Shown here in pieces: positions 50,280 to 61,929 of a stretch of 64,000 bases of DNA. The notes beneath the pieces are model-generated. The model was not told where the DNA came from, made no database searches, and worked only from the letters and a program-made list of their open reading frames with translations. This DNA is from Bilabrum cf. latius (taxonomy: Eukaryota). Location: assembly GCA_965178125.1 (NCBI GenBank), contig OZ237739.1, positions 62,001-126,000 of the forward strand, given 5' to 3'. Positions within the stretch are counted from its first letter, which is position 1; the number at the start of each line of letters is the position of its first letter. The translations under genes were made by a program, and so were the position numbers.

Positions 50280-50833
50280 CACTGCGATGAGGCACAGCTG
50301 CTACTAGTACTAGCAGCATGGATTGATGAGTGGCCAGTCTAAACCTGTCGACAGGCTGGGCGTATCATTGTTTTGTATGTTGTCTCCGGCATCTGCTATC
50401 AGTCTTGCTGGCAATCATCCACGCTGGTGCTGCACTCATCTCCAAGCAGCGGGCCGGGCTGGTCGGAACCATCCCCCCGGCAGGCAGCCCACTAGCTGCT
50501 GCCATTGGTGGCGGTGTGTTGGGTTCTGGGTTGCCACCAGTGAGTCTTTCCGGCTCACTGTAGGCCTATGCAATGCGAACAGTTGTCCCTATGTGCTCTG
50601 CCTTCTACTGATGGCGCGTGATTGCTGCTACCACAGCTGCGAACCCCTCACGGCTGCGATCTCCGATGTGGGTGCGTCACACACCTTTCAAGGTGCCGCG
50701 TGCCAACAAATCGGCTCCCCTGTCATCTTGTTTCCCCGCCGGGCGCTGCGATACCACAGCAGCACAAGAAACAGTGTCTTATTTTCTGCGCCTAGTCAAG
50801 CGCGGCACCATTTGACTGCCCCTAGGCTGTGCG

Positions 50834-53800
50834 ATGGCGATGTCTGCAGCATTGAAACAGCGACCGCGAAGATCGTTGCCCCATGCGCAAGATGATTCAA
50901 GCTCGCTCGATGCCGCACAATCGTCTGGCTTAATTGCTGTTTTAGCCGCGGCATCGGTTGTGTCCCTGGCTTGCATTGGTTTGGCAAGGCGGTCCAACCG
51001 AATAGATGGGCGAGGCCGCGATCGTAGCTGGTCCGCGCCTTCAATGCTCGGCGAATCGCAGCTGAGAGGAAGCATACAGTATGGTCAATCATTTGAACAA
51101 ACCGATCGATCGGGAGTTCCAGTGGGTGCCGCAGCTCGAGACTGGCAAGTTGAGCAACACGATGCATATCTTGGTACATCGTGCACACATGGCAAGTTGA
51201 GCAACTGGGATGCTCGAAGACTGATCGAAGCGCCAAATTCATCGATCAATGCGGGCAAAGAGTCGTGCAATGTGCTTGGGGTACAGCTTTCGGACGAATT
51301 CTTCAGCGGGGCCGTCCACGTAACTGCTCTCGTCCTGATGGCAGGCGCTCTGGTGGCAGGGCTACTGCCCCTCTTCGCACTTCTGGCGGCAGACCTTCTG
51401 CGGTTTGGGCTATGCTGGCGGGTGATGCCGGTAGAACTGCTGACCGCGGCAAGCTGCTGCCGCTGCTGCGGGCTTGCGCCTGCCCGGCAGGCCAGGTCCC
51501 AGCAGTAGGGCAATGGTGAGTAGGGCCGTAGCAGTGGCAGCGGGACGGCTAACACTAGAACTGGAACTAGGATAGGGGCTGAAGGCACTGGAGCCGGTCC
51601 AATGCCAGCGCCCAGCAGCGATCAAGACGAGCACCTGCACCGGCACCTGCACCTGCACGCACGGTTCTTCGGCACTGCGCTGGACAACGCCGATCTTCCC
51701 AGGGAACACAGAGACAGGGTGGCCGACAGCCTCACCCACCAGTGGCTCATGCTCGCAGGGGCTGTGGTCCTCGCCGCCCTCCAGATCGCCCTTGCTGTCC
51801 TCCTGCTCGCCGACCCCAGCCAGGGCTACTCCGGGTCGCTCCCCGTTGCTCTCAGGCTGCTGCAGTATCCCCTCGGGTGGGTCCCCTTCGCCTCGGGTGC
51901 TGCCCTGCTCATGCACGGACAACTGGCACCAAGAATCACCGGATCAGGGGCACGCGGGGGGCGCACGTACCATGTCACTGCCCCAGTGCCCGCCCTCGCG
52001 GTGCTGGGGCTCAGGCTCTCTTTCGCTTGCGGGCTGGCTGCGGTGCTGACCACGGTGTTCCCCGAGGAACAGCTATTCCGGTTTGTGGCTAGGGTAGAGG
52101 AGGGATCGGGAGTGGAGACGGGGCGCGCGGGCGCCGTATTTGTTCCTCTGTCTGAAACAGCCGCGCAAGCCTACCTGACGGGGGAATCCTCCTCCTCTGG
52201 ATCTGGATCAGGGTCGGTGGTAGACTCGGCCATGGGGCGAGTACCAGGTGTGCTGCTGGCGGCATGCGTGGGGCTGCTGACGGTGTCTGTGCTATGGGGC
52301 ATCGTGGGCGTGCTGGCGGTAGACGTGCTGATGCGAGACAGGCACGTGAGGCGGAGCATGTGCTGCGGGCGGGCTAGCTGCCTGCGATGCCTCTTCCCCT
52401 GGCTGTGTTTCTGCGGGGAGGGGTCCAGGGAACAAGGGCCCCAATGGCTGCCCGTGACCCAGCGCGAGACGGTAGAGCAGTACTACTCGACGCCCAGCGC
52501 CGATATGCTGCTAGCCAGGAGCGCGGTGCTTGTCCTGTGCGCCACCCTTCCTGCCCTGACCGCTCTCGACTGCTACCACGCGAGCCTTGTGTTCGAGGAT
52601 GAGACAGACTTGGTGCCGTTCGAGGACCCCATTGCTTGGCGGATGCTTAGGATGGCCTTCCTGCAGTGGGTGCCTGTCCTATTCTGCGCAGTGGCGTTCC
52701 AGGGCTCCAGGGCGCTGGGTGCGCATGCCGCGTGCGACGAAATGCTGTTCCAGTCCAGACTGCTCGAGCTGGACCTGGAGCACAGGGTGATCGAGGCGCA
52801 GGCCAGGGGGGATGACGCCGAGGAGGCAAGACTGCTGCGTCGTGTGAAGGCCGGTGCACTGCATGGTGGTGCTAGCACACTGCTCGCCGGCGGCTTCCCG
52901 AGCGACAAGAGCAGCAATAGCAATGGCAGTAGCAGCCCAACCAAGTCGGCCAGGGGAGCCCCAGCTGCTTCTTCTTCTGGTAGCGTCCATGGCCACTCCT
53001 AGCATGACGCGGCTGCCCGCGACATGATGGAGCTGCGGGCCCGGCTGTCGGCGCAAGAGGGCGTGCTGCAGGGCATTTTGCGAGCCACGCATCAGGCGCT
53101 GCAGCCGATCGCGGGCCACGTGCGCGGTGCCTTGTCATACGCCACCCGGGCCGTGTGCTGCGTCTGCTGCCCGAGCCCGGCCGAGGAGCAGGAGGCGCCC
53201 CCCTCCGTGCAGCTGCACCAGCTTGTCACCTGGTACGTGTGCTTCCTGTTCCTGGTGCTGTTCGCAGCGGGGCTCAAGGAAAGCTGCGAGTCGCCCATCG
53301 ATGAGCTCTCGCCGTACGCTGTGCTGGCACGGGCGCCGGCACTGCCCCTGCAGGTGTGGCTGCCCGTGCTGCTGGCCCTCGTTAGGCTGAATGCGACTCG
53401 CCGGATCATGCGGCACAACCTCGGGATGGGGCATCTGCTGCCCCTCGATGACGTGACCGAGCTTCACCGCGTAGTGGCGTGGATCGGCTTCGTGCTCTTT
53501 ACGCTCCACACCATTGGCCACGTCTTGAACCTGGCCTACTGGGCCGATGGGCCTGCTAGCCGTCCCGACGTGCTTGCCAGGGTTGGTCAGGAGTACGTCA
53601 AGTTCTTTGACCGAGCTGCGGGGGCGAGCGTGTGGCGGCTAGCAGCTGACAACATCGCCGTCCTCACCGGGGTCGTGCTTCTTCTCTGCTTCGTGTGGAT
53701 GCTTGCCCTCTCCGAAGAGAGGCTCACCAAGCAGAGGTGCCCCTGCATCGCATGCACGGCCAACGGGGCATGCTGCTGTGCACCCGTGCTGCCCGAGGAC

Positions 53801-56316
53801 TCAAGTGGATCGGCTAGTCGTGCAGGGTCGCGGCGCGGCGGGCGGGGCCAAGCCCCCGCTGCACCGCAACCCGTGCGCAGATTTCGGTTCTGCGGGTGCT
53901 GTTCCATGGGAGCAAGGAGTTACTACCGATGCTGCTCCACTGCACTGGCATACCTCCCTAGGCAGACAGCCATCGGCGAGGTGGATGCGATGGTAGAGGC
54001 ACTGGTGAGGAAACTGGAGGATTCGGCTGGGCGGCAGGACGCTGCATCGGGGCAGATGGCCAGAGAGATCCGGAGCTAGTAGCCGACGACTGCAACGCAG
54101 CAGCAGCAACAGCAAACCCAACAAAAGAAGCAGGCAGCGGCGAGCAACGGCAAGTCCAAGGCCCCGAAAGATAGCGGTGCTGCTGCGGCTGCAGGGACTG
54201 GCGCAGGCCAGGTGCAGCTGCTCATCACTGGGAGCTCAAGCGATGCTGATCCTTCCATGGTGGCTAATGCCAGCCAGAAAGACCCAACCGCTTTCGGCAC
54301 AGGTGCACCACAGCCGCATGCAAGCCGTGGCAAACCGACCGCTGCAGCTGCAGCTGGTCCCGACAAGAACCAGGCCGGGCCAAACCAGGCGGATGCCCCC
54401 GCCAAGGCACCTCTTCTCCCTCCGTCATCTCGGTCCGCAAGAGCTGCCGATGGCGCGCCCAGCCAGCGCCCCGACGACGTGGCTCACGCCGCGTCCCGGC
54501 TGACCAAGGAGGAGAGAGACGCCGCAGAGGCACTGCTGGACCCTTACCTGGGCCAGTCGACGCCCGTGACACGGACCAGCATACGGTGCTTCAGGCACTC
54601 CAAGCGGGCCTGCAGCGCAGTGGCGGCCATCGCCTGGCTGCTTCATGGGACGGGTGGGCTGCTGGCTGCACCACTGGTTGCGCAGCTCTCGGTGGGCGGT
54701 GTGGTGGTGATCTCATACCTCGTGGCAGAGCTGCTCGACTTCCTGCTGGGGCAGGGGGGCTGCTGCTTTCCCGCCCGGGTGTACACAGTGAGCTCGCTGG
54801 CATTCCATGCAAGCGGCAGGCTGCGGACGGAGGTGGACGGTGTGGTGAGTGGACAGGCCACCACGCTCGCGTTTCACGAGGGGGTGCGTCTGCAGCGGTC
54901 CATCGAGGCACTCAGGGGCAGGGAGGGCACGAACATCGCAGCAAGGAAAGCGAGGCTTCAGCGCGCCGCCCGCGAGTTCGGGCGCCACTTCAAAGACAGG
55001 ATGGAGTTTCCCCGCTCCAAGCTCCTGCACGAGGTGCTGCAGGCAAGAGGGGATATTGAGGCCGGCAAGGCCATGCCAAAGCGATCGCTGACAGTCGCCA
55101 TCGACACGGCCGGCCCCGCGTGGGAGCTGGCTCAGATGGACCGTCTCATGTGCATGCAGGAGCACGAGGCCGTGGGTGAGATCAGGGACGGGATGGTCAT
55201 GCTGGGGCTGCGGGACGCAGGGGAGCGGGCGGCGACGCTGCAGGAGAGGCTGGACCGGTCCTCTGGCCACACTGTCAAGCACCACAGCATTCTTCTAGCG
55301 CAGGCGCGGGAGGTGTTCACCGAGCTGTTCTACAGGCGGGCAGGGATCGAGGGGCTGCCGTGCAGCCGCTGTCCCCCCGAGCTCCGGACCTGGTTCTTCA
55401 CAAAGGAGGCCGTGGACGTTGCGCTCGGGGTCAGGAGACAAGCGGCGACCATCCGACCGGGGGAGTACTGCCGCCTGGGTTTGCTCGAGCCGGACGAGCA
55501 GGCGGGCGGGGGCTCCCAGGGACAGGGCTCGTCTTCGTCCGTGCAGACGACTCTGTTCAGCGAGACTCGGCCCTTCACCATCGCGGCCCGCAGGAACGAC
55601 AGCGACGGCACGCCCAGCGGATTCGAGCTGCACATCGATGCCAGCGGGCAGGGCACGCTCGAAGAGGGCGAGAGCTTCACGCGGTTCCTGTACGAGAGAC
55701 TGGCGCAGGCCGTTGTGCGGCAGCGGATCCGGCGACTGCGCAGCGTGGTGGAGGGGCAGCCGGTCACTGGGGACATAGCGTTTCCCATGCTGCTTGTGCA
55801 CGGCCCGTTCCCAGCGCCCGCGGTGCGACCTGCTTCGGGCGAGGTGCGCTTCGTGCTGGCATTTGCCACCGGGTTTGGAATCACGAACTCTCTGGCCCTG
55901 TTTCTCAACCAGATATGGCTGCACACGCGCCGAGACCTTGCGGCACAGCACTACGCTGAGCCCGTGGAGGAGGAAGAAGAACGGCTGGCGGCTGCAAGGG
56001 TGGGTGTATCGGCCCAAGCAGCAGCTGATCAGAGCTCCGGCCAAGCGCTGCCAGAGAGACACGGCTTGGGCGCGTCTGCGGGGGAACCCGCGTCTGGTAG
56101 TAGGCCACTCGACAACGGTTCGACCACACGACTCGATATGGATGAAACAGCCGATTCAAAGGGTGGGGTGAATGCAGGCAACGACGACAATGATGCGGGC
56201 AATTCTTCCATGCGGGCGTTGCCTCCTGGCCGAGAAGACCAAGATGGTGATGGTTGTGATGGGGATGCGAGTGAAATAGCAGCGGCAGCCTCCGCAAATT
56301 TGGCAGGATCGCCACC

Positions 56317-56349
<33 letters not shown>

Positions 56350-58135
56350 CAACAGGACCCCGCCAAGGCACCCTCCCGCTGCTGGTGCGCGCCAAGATCA
56401 GGCAGAAGTCCTTCCTCCCTCGTCCATCATCCGAATCCGGGCTCCCCACCGGCCAGTCTCAGATGCAGGCCCGGGGCCTGGTGCGCGCCTCAGCCCGATG
56501 GTGCAGCCGGGCGGCGGCCGCTCCATCGGTCCAGCCGCCGCGCACCTGATCCAGCACCGACTGAGGCACTCCCGCCGCGCCTCGCACTGGGGCTCCTCTG
56601 GCAACATACTCGGGGCCGACCTGCAGCTGGGGAACACGATCAGGGAACAGCACCGCGCAAGCAGCGCAGGTCAGGCCCAGGTGGGTGGCAGCCAGGGAGA
56701 GGCAGCTACGGGGGGCAGGCACAGCTCCCGGTCCGTTCTGAGCGGGTCTCTGACTGGCCCACCCCCGCCTCCCAGCACCACTTCGACCAAGAGAGATCTA
56801 GGCGCCGACTCGTCGCAGCCTTCCAATGCCGTCACCGGTGCCAGTGCTGACAGCAAGCCCGCCGATCCATCGCAGCCCAAGGCAGGTCCGCCTCTCCCTC
56901 TGGCCCTTCGCCCCGTGCAGCAGGGCGAGCTGCCCTACGACCGACTGGGGACTGACGGATCCACAGTGCGGCCATTTACCGACACTGACATCCTGGAGGC
57001 ACTCGTCACATCAGGTGCCTCTCGCGACGCGGCCCCGCGGACCCTGTCTCGCGAGGGAACTTTCACGGCCCTCGGGTGGGTGACTGGCGACCTCGATCAC
57101 GCGTTCAGCGTGGTTGCCGAGCTTGGTGCGAACGTGCTGGTGGCGGCCTGCGGCATTCCTCGGCGGTCCGCCAACGAGTTTCTGAACCGCGCAGTGGCGC
57201 TGCTGGACGTGCATGGCATCGATGCGGAGAGCCCCGTGTTCCCTGCGGCTCGGGAGGTCCTGGAGCACCCCACCTTCCATCCGGAGGTGGATGCGGCGGA
57301 CAGCAGCGACGATGAGGACGAGGACGAGGACGGAAGCGATGGAGAAAATCGCCCGGGGCACCCCCGGCGTGTGGCTGGTCATTCTGCGGGTGTTCCTGCC
57401 CCCGACTCGCTCGAGGGTGCCGATGCGCTCACAGAGTAGGACGTTTGTCCGACGTTCCAGGAAGCAAGGGAGCGGGAGGTGGAGCAGTAGGGGCGGCACA
57501 GAGACGCAGTCAAGTACCTCGACAGGACCATTGAGGGCGAGAAGAAGAAGCTGCTGCAGCAGATCGAGCAGAACGGGTGGCAGACGGACGGGCTGGAACC
57601 CAAAGACCGCAGCATTCGGGAGGCAACCGGAGGGTCTCGGGGATCTGGGGGAACACGCAGGGAAGGCGGGCGCACCGAGGGAGGGGCAGCAGAGGGGGCA
57701 GCACCTGCTGCCAGTGGTGGCGGTTCCTCCCCGCTGGCTGTCATGATGTCTTGGCTGCCCCGACTGGGGCACGGGGAGCTTGCGGGCTTCGACGCGTACG
57801 TGTATGTGTCCACGAGTGCCCTGCGGAGCGAGCGGCACGTTGGGCGGCTGGTCTATCTCAAGCGGCGGCTGGAGCTACTCATGGGCCTCGGCGCGCTGCT
57901 GGGCATCAAGGTCAAGCTGTACGACAGGCGGTCCCAGCCCGTGTCTCCGATGCTGGAGCGGACGGGGGCACTGGAAGAGGCCATGATCGCGAGCAATCCG
58001 CGTGCAGGGGCAATGCGGCGGGAGGCGCAGTGCATTTACTGCGGAGGGTCGGGGGCGGTGTACAGTGAACTGGAAGAGGCAGCCGCCAGCGTCCAGGGCC
58101 ACGATGTGAGGGTGTCGCAGGAGGTTTTTAGCTGA
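50834..58135 (+). CDS. Giant divergent NADPH oxidase / ferric reductase-like membrane protein (~2430 aa)
   Basis: One frame through TAGs at 51506, 51521, 53000, 54077, 54080, 57437, 57488; ends TGA. LPLDDVTELHRVVAWIGFVLFTLHTIGH (His pair), LLHG, RPGEY, RPFT, HGPF, TGFGIT, IYCGG..EVFS. Start uncertain. Confidence 0.75.
56318..56347 (+). repeat. CAG trinucleotide repeat encoding poly-Gln (10 Q)
   Basis: (CAG)9 CAA inside the NOX-like CDS. Confidence 0.85.
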
Positions 58136-58238
58136 AAATAGGCCACTAGTGTTACCAAATACAACAGACCAAAACAATTGAACGATCCTTACGGATTGTA
58201 CCACTTGTCAACAGAACATAAATCGATCTCTCGTTTAT

Positions 58239-61200
58239 TCAATCTAACCCTAAAATGGCCTGAACGTCGCTGTCTGCAGGTAAGGTCACGGAAGCGAACG
58301 GACGCCGGACCGCTTCAGCGCCTGCTGCTGCCTACCCTCCAGACACTTCCTGGGCCGCACCGGCCGCCAGGCCGGATGCCGCATCGTCAACGAGCCCTCG
58401 CAGTTTACCGAAAGCAGCCCGCAGAACCTGCCCCACCCTGCGTCTCACGCGCTGCCGAACCCGCGGGGCACGCAATCGGCCACCAACTTGCTTGGACAGC
58501 TCGAACCGCGAGCAGGCGCGCCACAATGCACTTGTCACGCGTTGCAGGATCTCTTCCGACTGCGTCAGCCCAGCCGAGTCCCCAGCGCGCAGCCCGCGCA
58601 CTGCGCGCTCTGCCGAGGCAAAACCGGCCCCCTCCAGCACAGACGCGGCCTCGGCCTCCACGACGGCTTCCTCCGCCTCTCCCTGCTACGCTGCAAGGCG
58701 CTGCACCCATGCCGAGGTGGCCCCGTGTCTCCTCAGCCGCTGCAGCAGCACCTCGATGCTGTTCACCGTGTGCACCGCCCCCTGCCCCTTCGGCTAGCTC
58801 TCCGCCGCAGCTCTGACGGCCTCCACCGCAGGACGCAGCACCGCTGACAACACCGGGGCCAGCCGCCTACCACTCTCGCCCCCCATCGCGTCCTCCACCG
58901 GATCTGCACCACCACGCGATCCATTCGCACCGCTCCCCAGCAGCCTCAGAAACGGAGCCAGCCGCTCCACAGCGTCCTCGCACGCGGGATGCGGCCCCAG
59001 GTCAGGAGGCACCGCGGGCACAGCCGAGGCAGAGGCACCGGATGTGCCCAGGCCACCGCCGCTGCTGCCCAGCGCCACATCCCCGCCCTCCTTAACAGCC
59101 AGGTAAAGCCGTTCCTAGGCCGCGGCCTCAAGCGCCGACAGCTGCGTCAGGAAGCTGCTCGAGGCGCTCAGCAGCGGCCTGGGCCCGCCATCTATGGGCC
59201 CTGTCCCCGCGGCACCGCCTGCAGACCGTTGCCCCTACTGGCCCAACGAGAGCATGCCCCGGTATAGAGCGAGCGTGTCCAGGATGCGGTAGGCAGCCAG
59301 CCCGTCCCCAGCCGCCTCCACTGCCTGCTAGAGACGGACCCTGACCGGCTGCTCAATCGCCGATGCGAGGTCGTCCAGCGAGGCAGGAGCCACCTCACAT
59401 GGCAGCGGCACTCGCTCCTCGCCTTGCTCCTTGCCTCGCTGCTCATCCCCGCGGGCCTTTGCCCGGGCATCTGCAGCTTCTGATTCTCCTTCTTTGCTTT
59501 CGGCCGCATCATGCTGCTCTCCTGGACCCTCGGGCTTGATGTCTTCTGCTTCATGGGCACTTCCGACCTTAGCGCCACGACTTTGACCACCATCAAACCC
59601 CCCACGGCTAGCTAATATAGTACTGGTCCTCGCCACTGTCCCAACACCAGCAGCCCCACCCCCAGTCCCCGCCCCAGTGGCCAGCAGTCCAAGCGGGGCC
59701 AGCACGGCCTCTCTCTCCTCCACCAGCCTGCTGTGCACCCACCCCAGCACATCCCCGACATAGCCCGCGCTGTCGTGCAGCCTTGCATCCAGCGGGGCCA
59801 CGCCTCGATCGGGGTCCCCTCTTGACAGCGCGCGCACGAGGTCACGCGCCACCACGCGCCTGCGCGCCCCCAGCACGGCCTGCACCGCCCTCCGCAGCAG
59901 CGCGGGCCGCATCACCAGCCACTCCAGGGCCAGCCGGAGCAGACCCCCAGCGCCCGCCCCCTGCCTTGCTCGCGCCCTCGCTGCCATCCCGAGCCTGGCG
60001 CGCATGACACGCTCTCCCAACCAGCCAGACCTGCCTGCGAGCACACTACCGTCATCGACAGATCCAGCAGTGGCAGCAGCAGCGGAAGACTCTGACCCGC
60101 CGCCCTAGTCCCAGGACTCTAGAGCCTCCAGCGCGCTCACGAGCTCCTCCCCGTTCCCGCCGCCGCCCCCCATACCGCTATCCCCGCTCGAAGCACCGCC
60201 TGCAGGACCCCCCATGCCTCGCAATCCCGCAGCCCCCAGCTTCATCTTGCCCATCACTGCCTCCAGTGCTCCCGGCAGCCTCATCACCTGATCCCTTGCT
60301 CGGGGCCTGGAGCCACCACCGCTCCCACCACCAATGACCCCCAAGCCCCTCCCGATCGACGAGGGCCCTCGCCACGCGAACGCATCGCCATCGCCCTCGC
60401 CCTCGCCCAGCCCTGCACCACCTCCTCCCCGTCCTCTCCCCTCCTTGACCTAGAGCTCAGGGCCCAGCATCACCGGCAGGCGGACCTCAGGGGGGTCTGA
60501 CCGGGCCCACAGCCGCCCTGCAGCAGCCACGGCCCACCGCCCCATCCCCTGCAGCGCCCCCTCCTGCGCCTCGGCCGTGTGCTTCAGGGCGTCCATGCCC
60601 AGAGCGTGCAAGGGGGTGCCCAGGAGAGCCACGCTGCGGGCCCTCGCCCACCTGACGTGCTCCAGGGTAGAGAAGCAATCGCATGCCAGGGACAGGGCAG
60701 GCTCATGCCCATCGTGCGGTGCCGTGCTGTCTGCTGGTGGTGCTGCTGGTGCGAGCTGCTCGCCGGCCGGGCGGGTCTCCTCGGCCGACGGTCCGCGGGC
60801 CAGATCCTAGTGCTACGCCATAGGTGCGATGAGGCCCGCAATGAGCGCACTCAGGTGGCTGTCCTGGTGGGAGTGCCCTGGACCCTCCTTGGCTGCCTGC
60901 CGCTCCTGAGGGCCGACCACGAAGGCAGCGCACAGCAGCGAGGAGCAGTACCGCTTCTTTTCGGCCGCGATGGATAGCTTCTCAAACGTTGATGAGTACT
61001 GCAGTAGCTTGCTCAGCCTACTTTCTGTCAGTCGCAACCTCTCATCAGCCGCCTCGGCTTGCTTCACAGCGGTATCAGCCAACTCCACGACGGCCTCTAC
61101 AGCCTGCAGAATCCGACGGTACAGCACATAATCCATGCAATATAATTCAACGCAGCAATACTTAACATGCCATTGAACGAGAAAGCGGTGGCGTTCTTAC

Positions 61201-61506
61201 GTCTTCGAGAGGTTGCGCTTGTTGCAAAACCTGCTCTGCCTCTAGTAGCTGCCGACGCACTCTTAGCTGGCGAAGCGTCGAGTCCCCTGCTAAATCAACA
61301 TCACTACAAGATGAATGATAGGACTGGAGCTCCTCAATGTTTCGCAGCAGTCCATCGTCAGCCAAGTCCAGCGAGAGCTGCGAGGGCGGCAGGAGCAGCA
61401 TAGGTACAACAGGCACCGCATAGAATCACAGGTTTACATGGTGCATGGCAAGGCGATAAAGACGACTAACTATCTGCTAGTGGGAAGACAGCACGTCAGA
61501 GTCCAT
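58239..61506 (-). CDS. COG6: Conserved oligomeric Golgi complex subunit 6 (~1025 aa)
   Basis: ALSRGDP..PLDARLHDSAGYVGDVLGWVHSRLVEERE, PVRVRL*Q. Exons 61506-61471, 61377-61201, 61103-58239. Eleven TAGs (61477, 60813, 60807, 60450, 60105, 59328, 59235, 59115, 58794, 58686, 58332); ends TGA. Confidence 0.8.
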
Positions 61507-61929
61507 TGCAAAGTGAGTGAGATCGCGTGTTTTGGATCGCACGATCATGCCGTGCACCGCCCGGACCTGGAGGGCATGCAACTTGTCTGGTGGTGCCGTG
61601 CCGCGCCCCTTCCGGTGGCTGGGGAGGGCTAGCTGCGTTCGAATGGCGTGGCACTCATTGAGGAGGTAGGGTGGCTACAGCTCGCTTCAAAGAAGCTAGT
61701 GCTCGAGCTGCGAGCGGGACAGTCCACCCACCGCTGCTGCCTCCCGGCCGCGGAAAGGAAAGGCGAGGCACTGTCCCGCGCGCTCGGAGCTATTTCAAGT
61801 AATCACATGCTGGAGCTGACGGAAAGAACAGGCAGCCAGCCATACGTAGGGTCTCGCGAGAACCACTGGCACTCTAGTCCTGCCGTCCTGCTCTCCTGCC
61901 ATCAAAACCCCCTCGTCACCGTGCCCCCC

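Noticed and set aside
54077-54082. Pyrrolysine, leaky readthrough, or A-to-I editing of UAG to UGG (Trp)
   Set aside because: Tandem TAG TAG and up to 11 sites per gene are incompatible with inefficient readthrough, and the contexts are polar or Gln-rich rather than Trp or catalytic positions. U-to-C editing cannot be fully excluded without RNA data.
61162-61164. In-frame TAA here, and at 31764 and 16458, as evidence on the meaning of UAA
   Set aside because: Each lies inside a GT-AG intron whose removal restores the frame.
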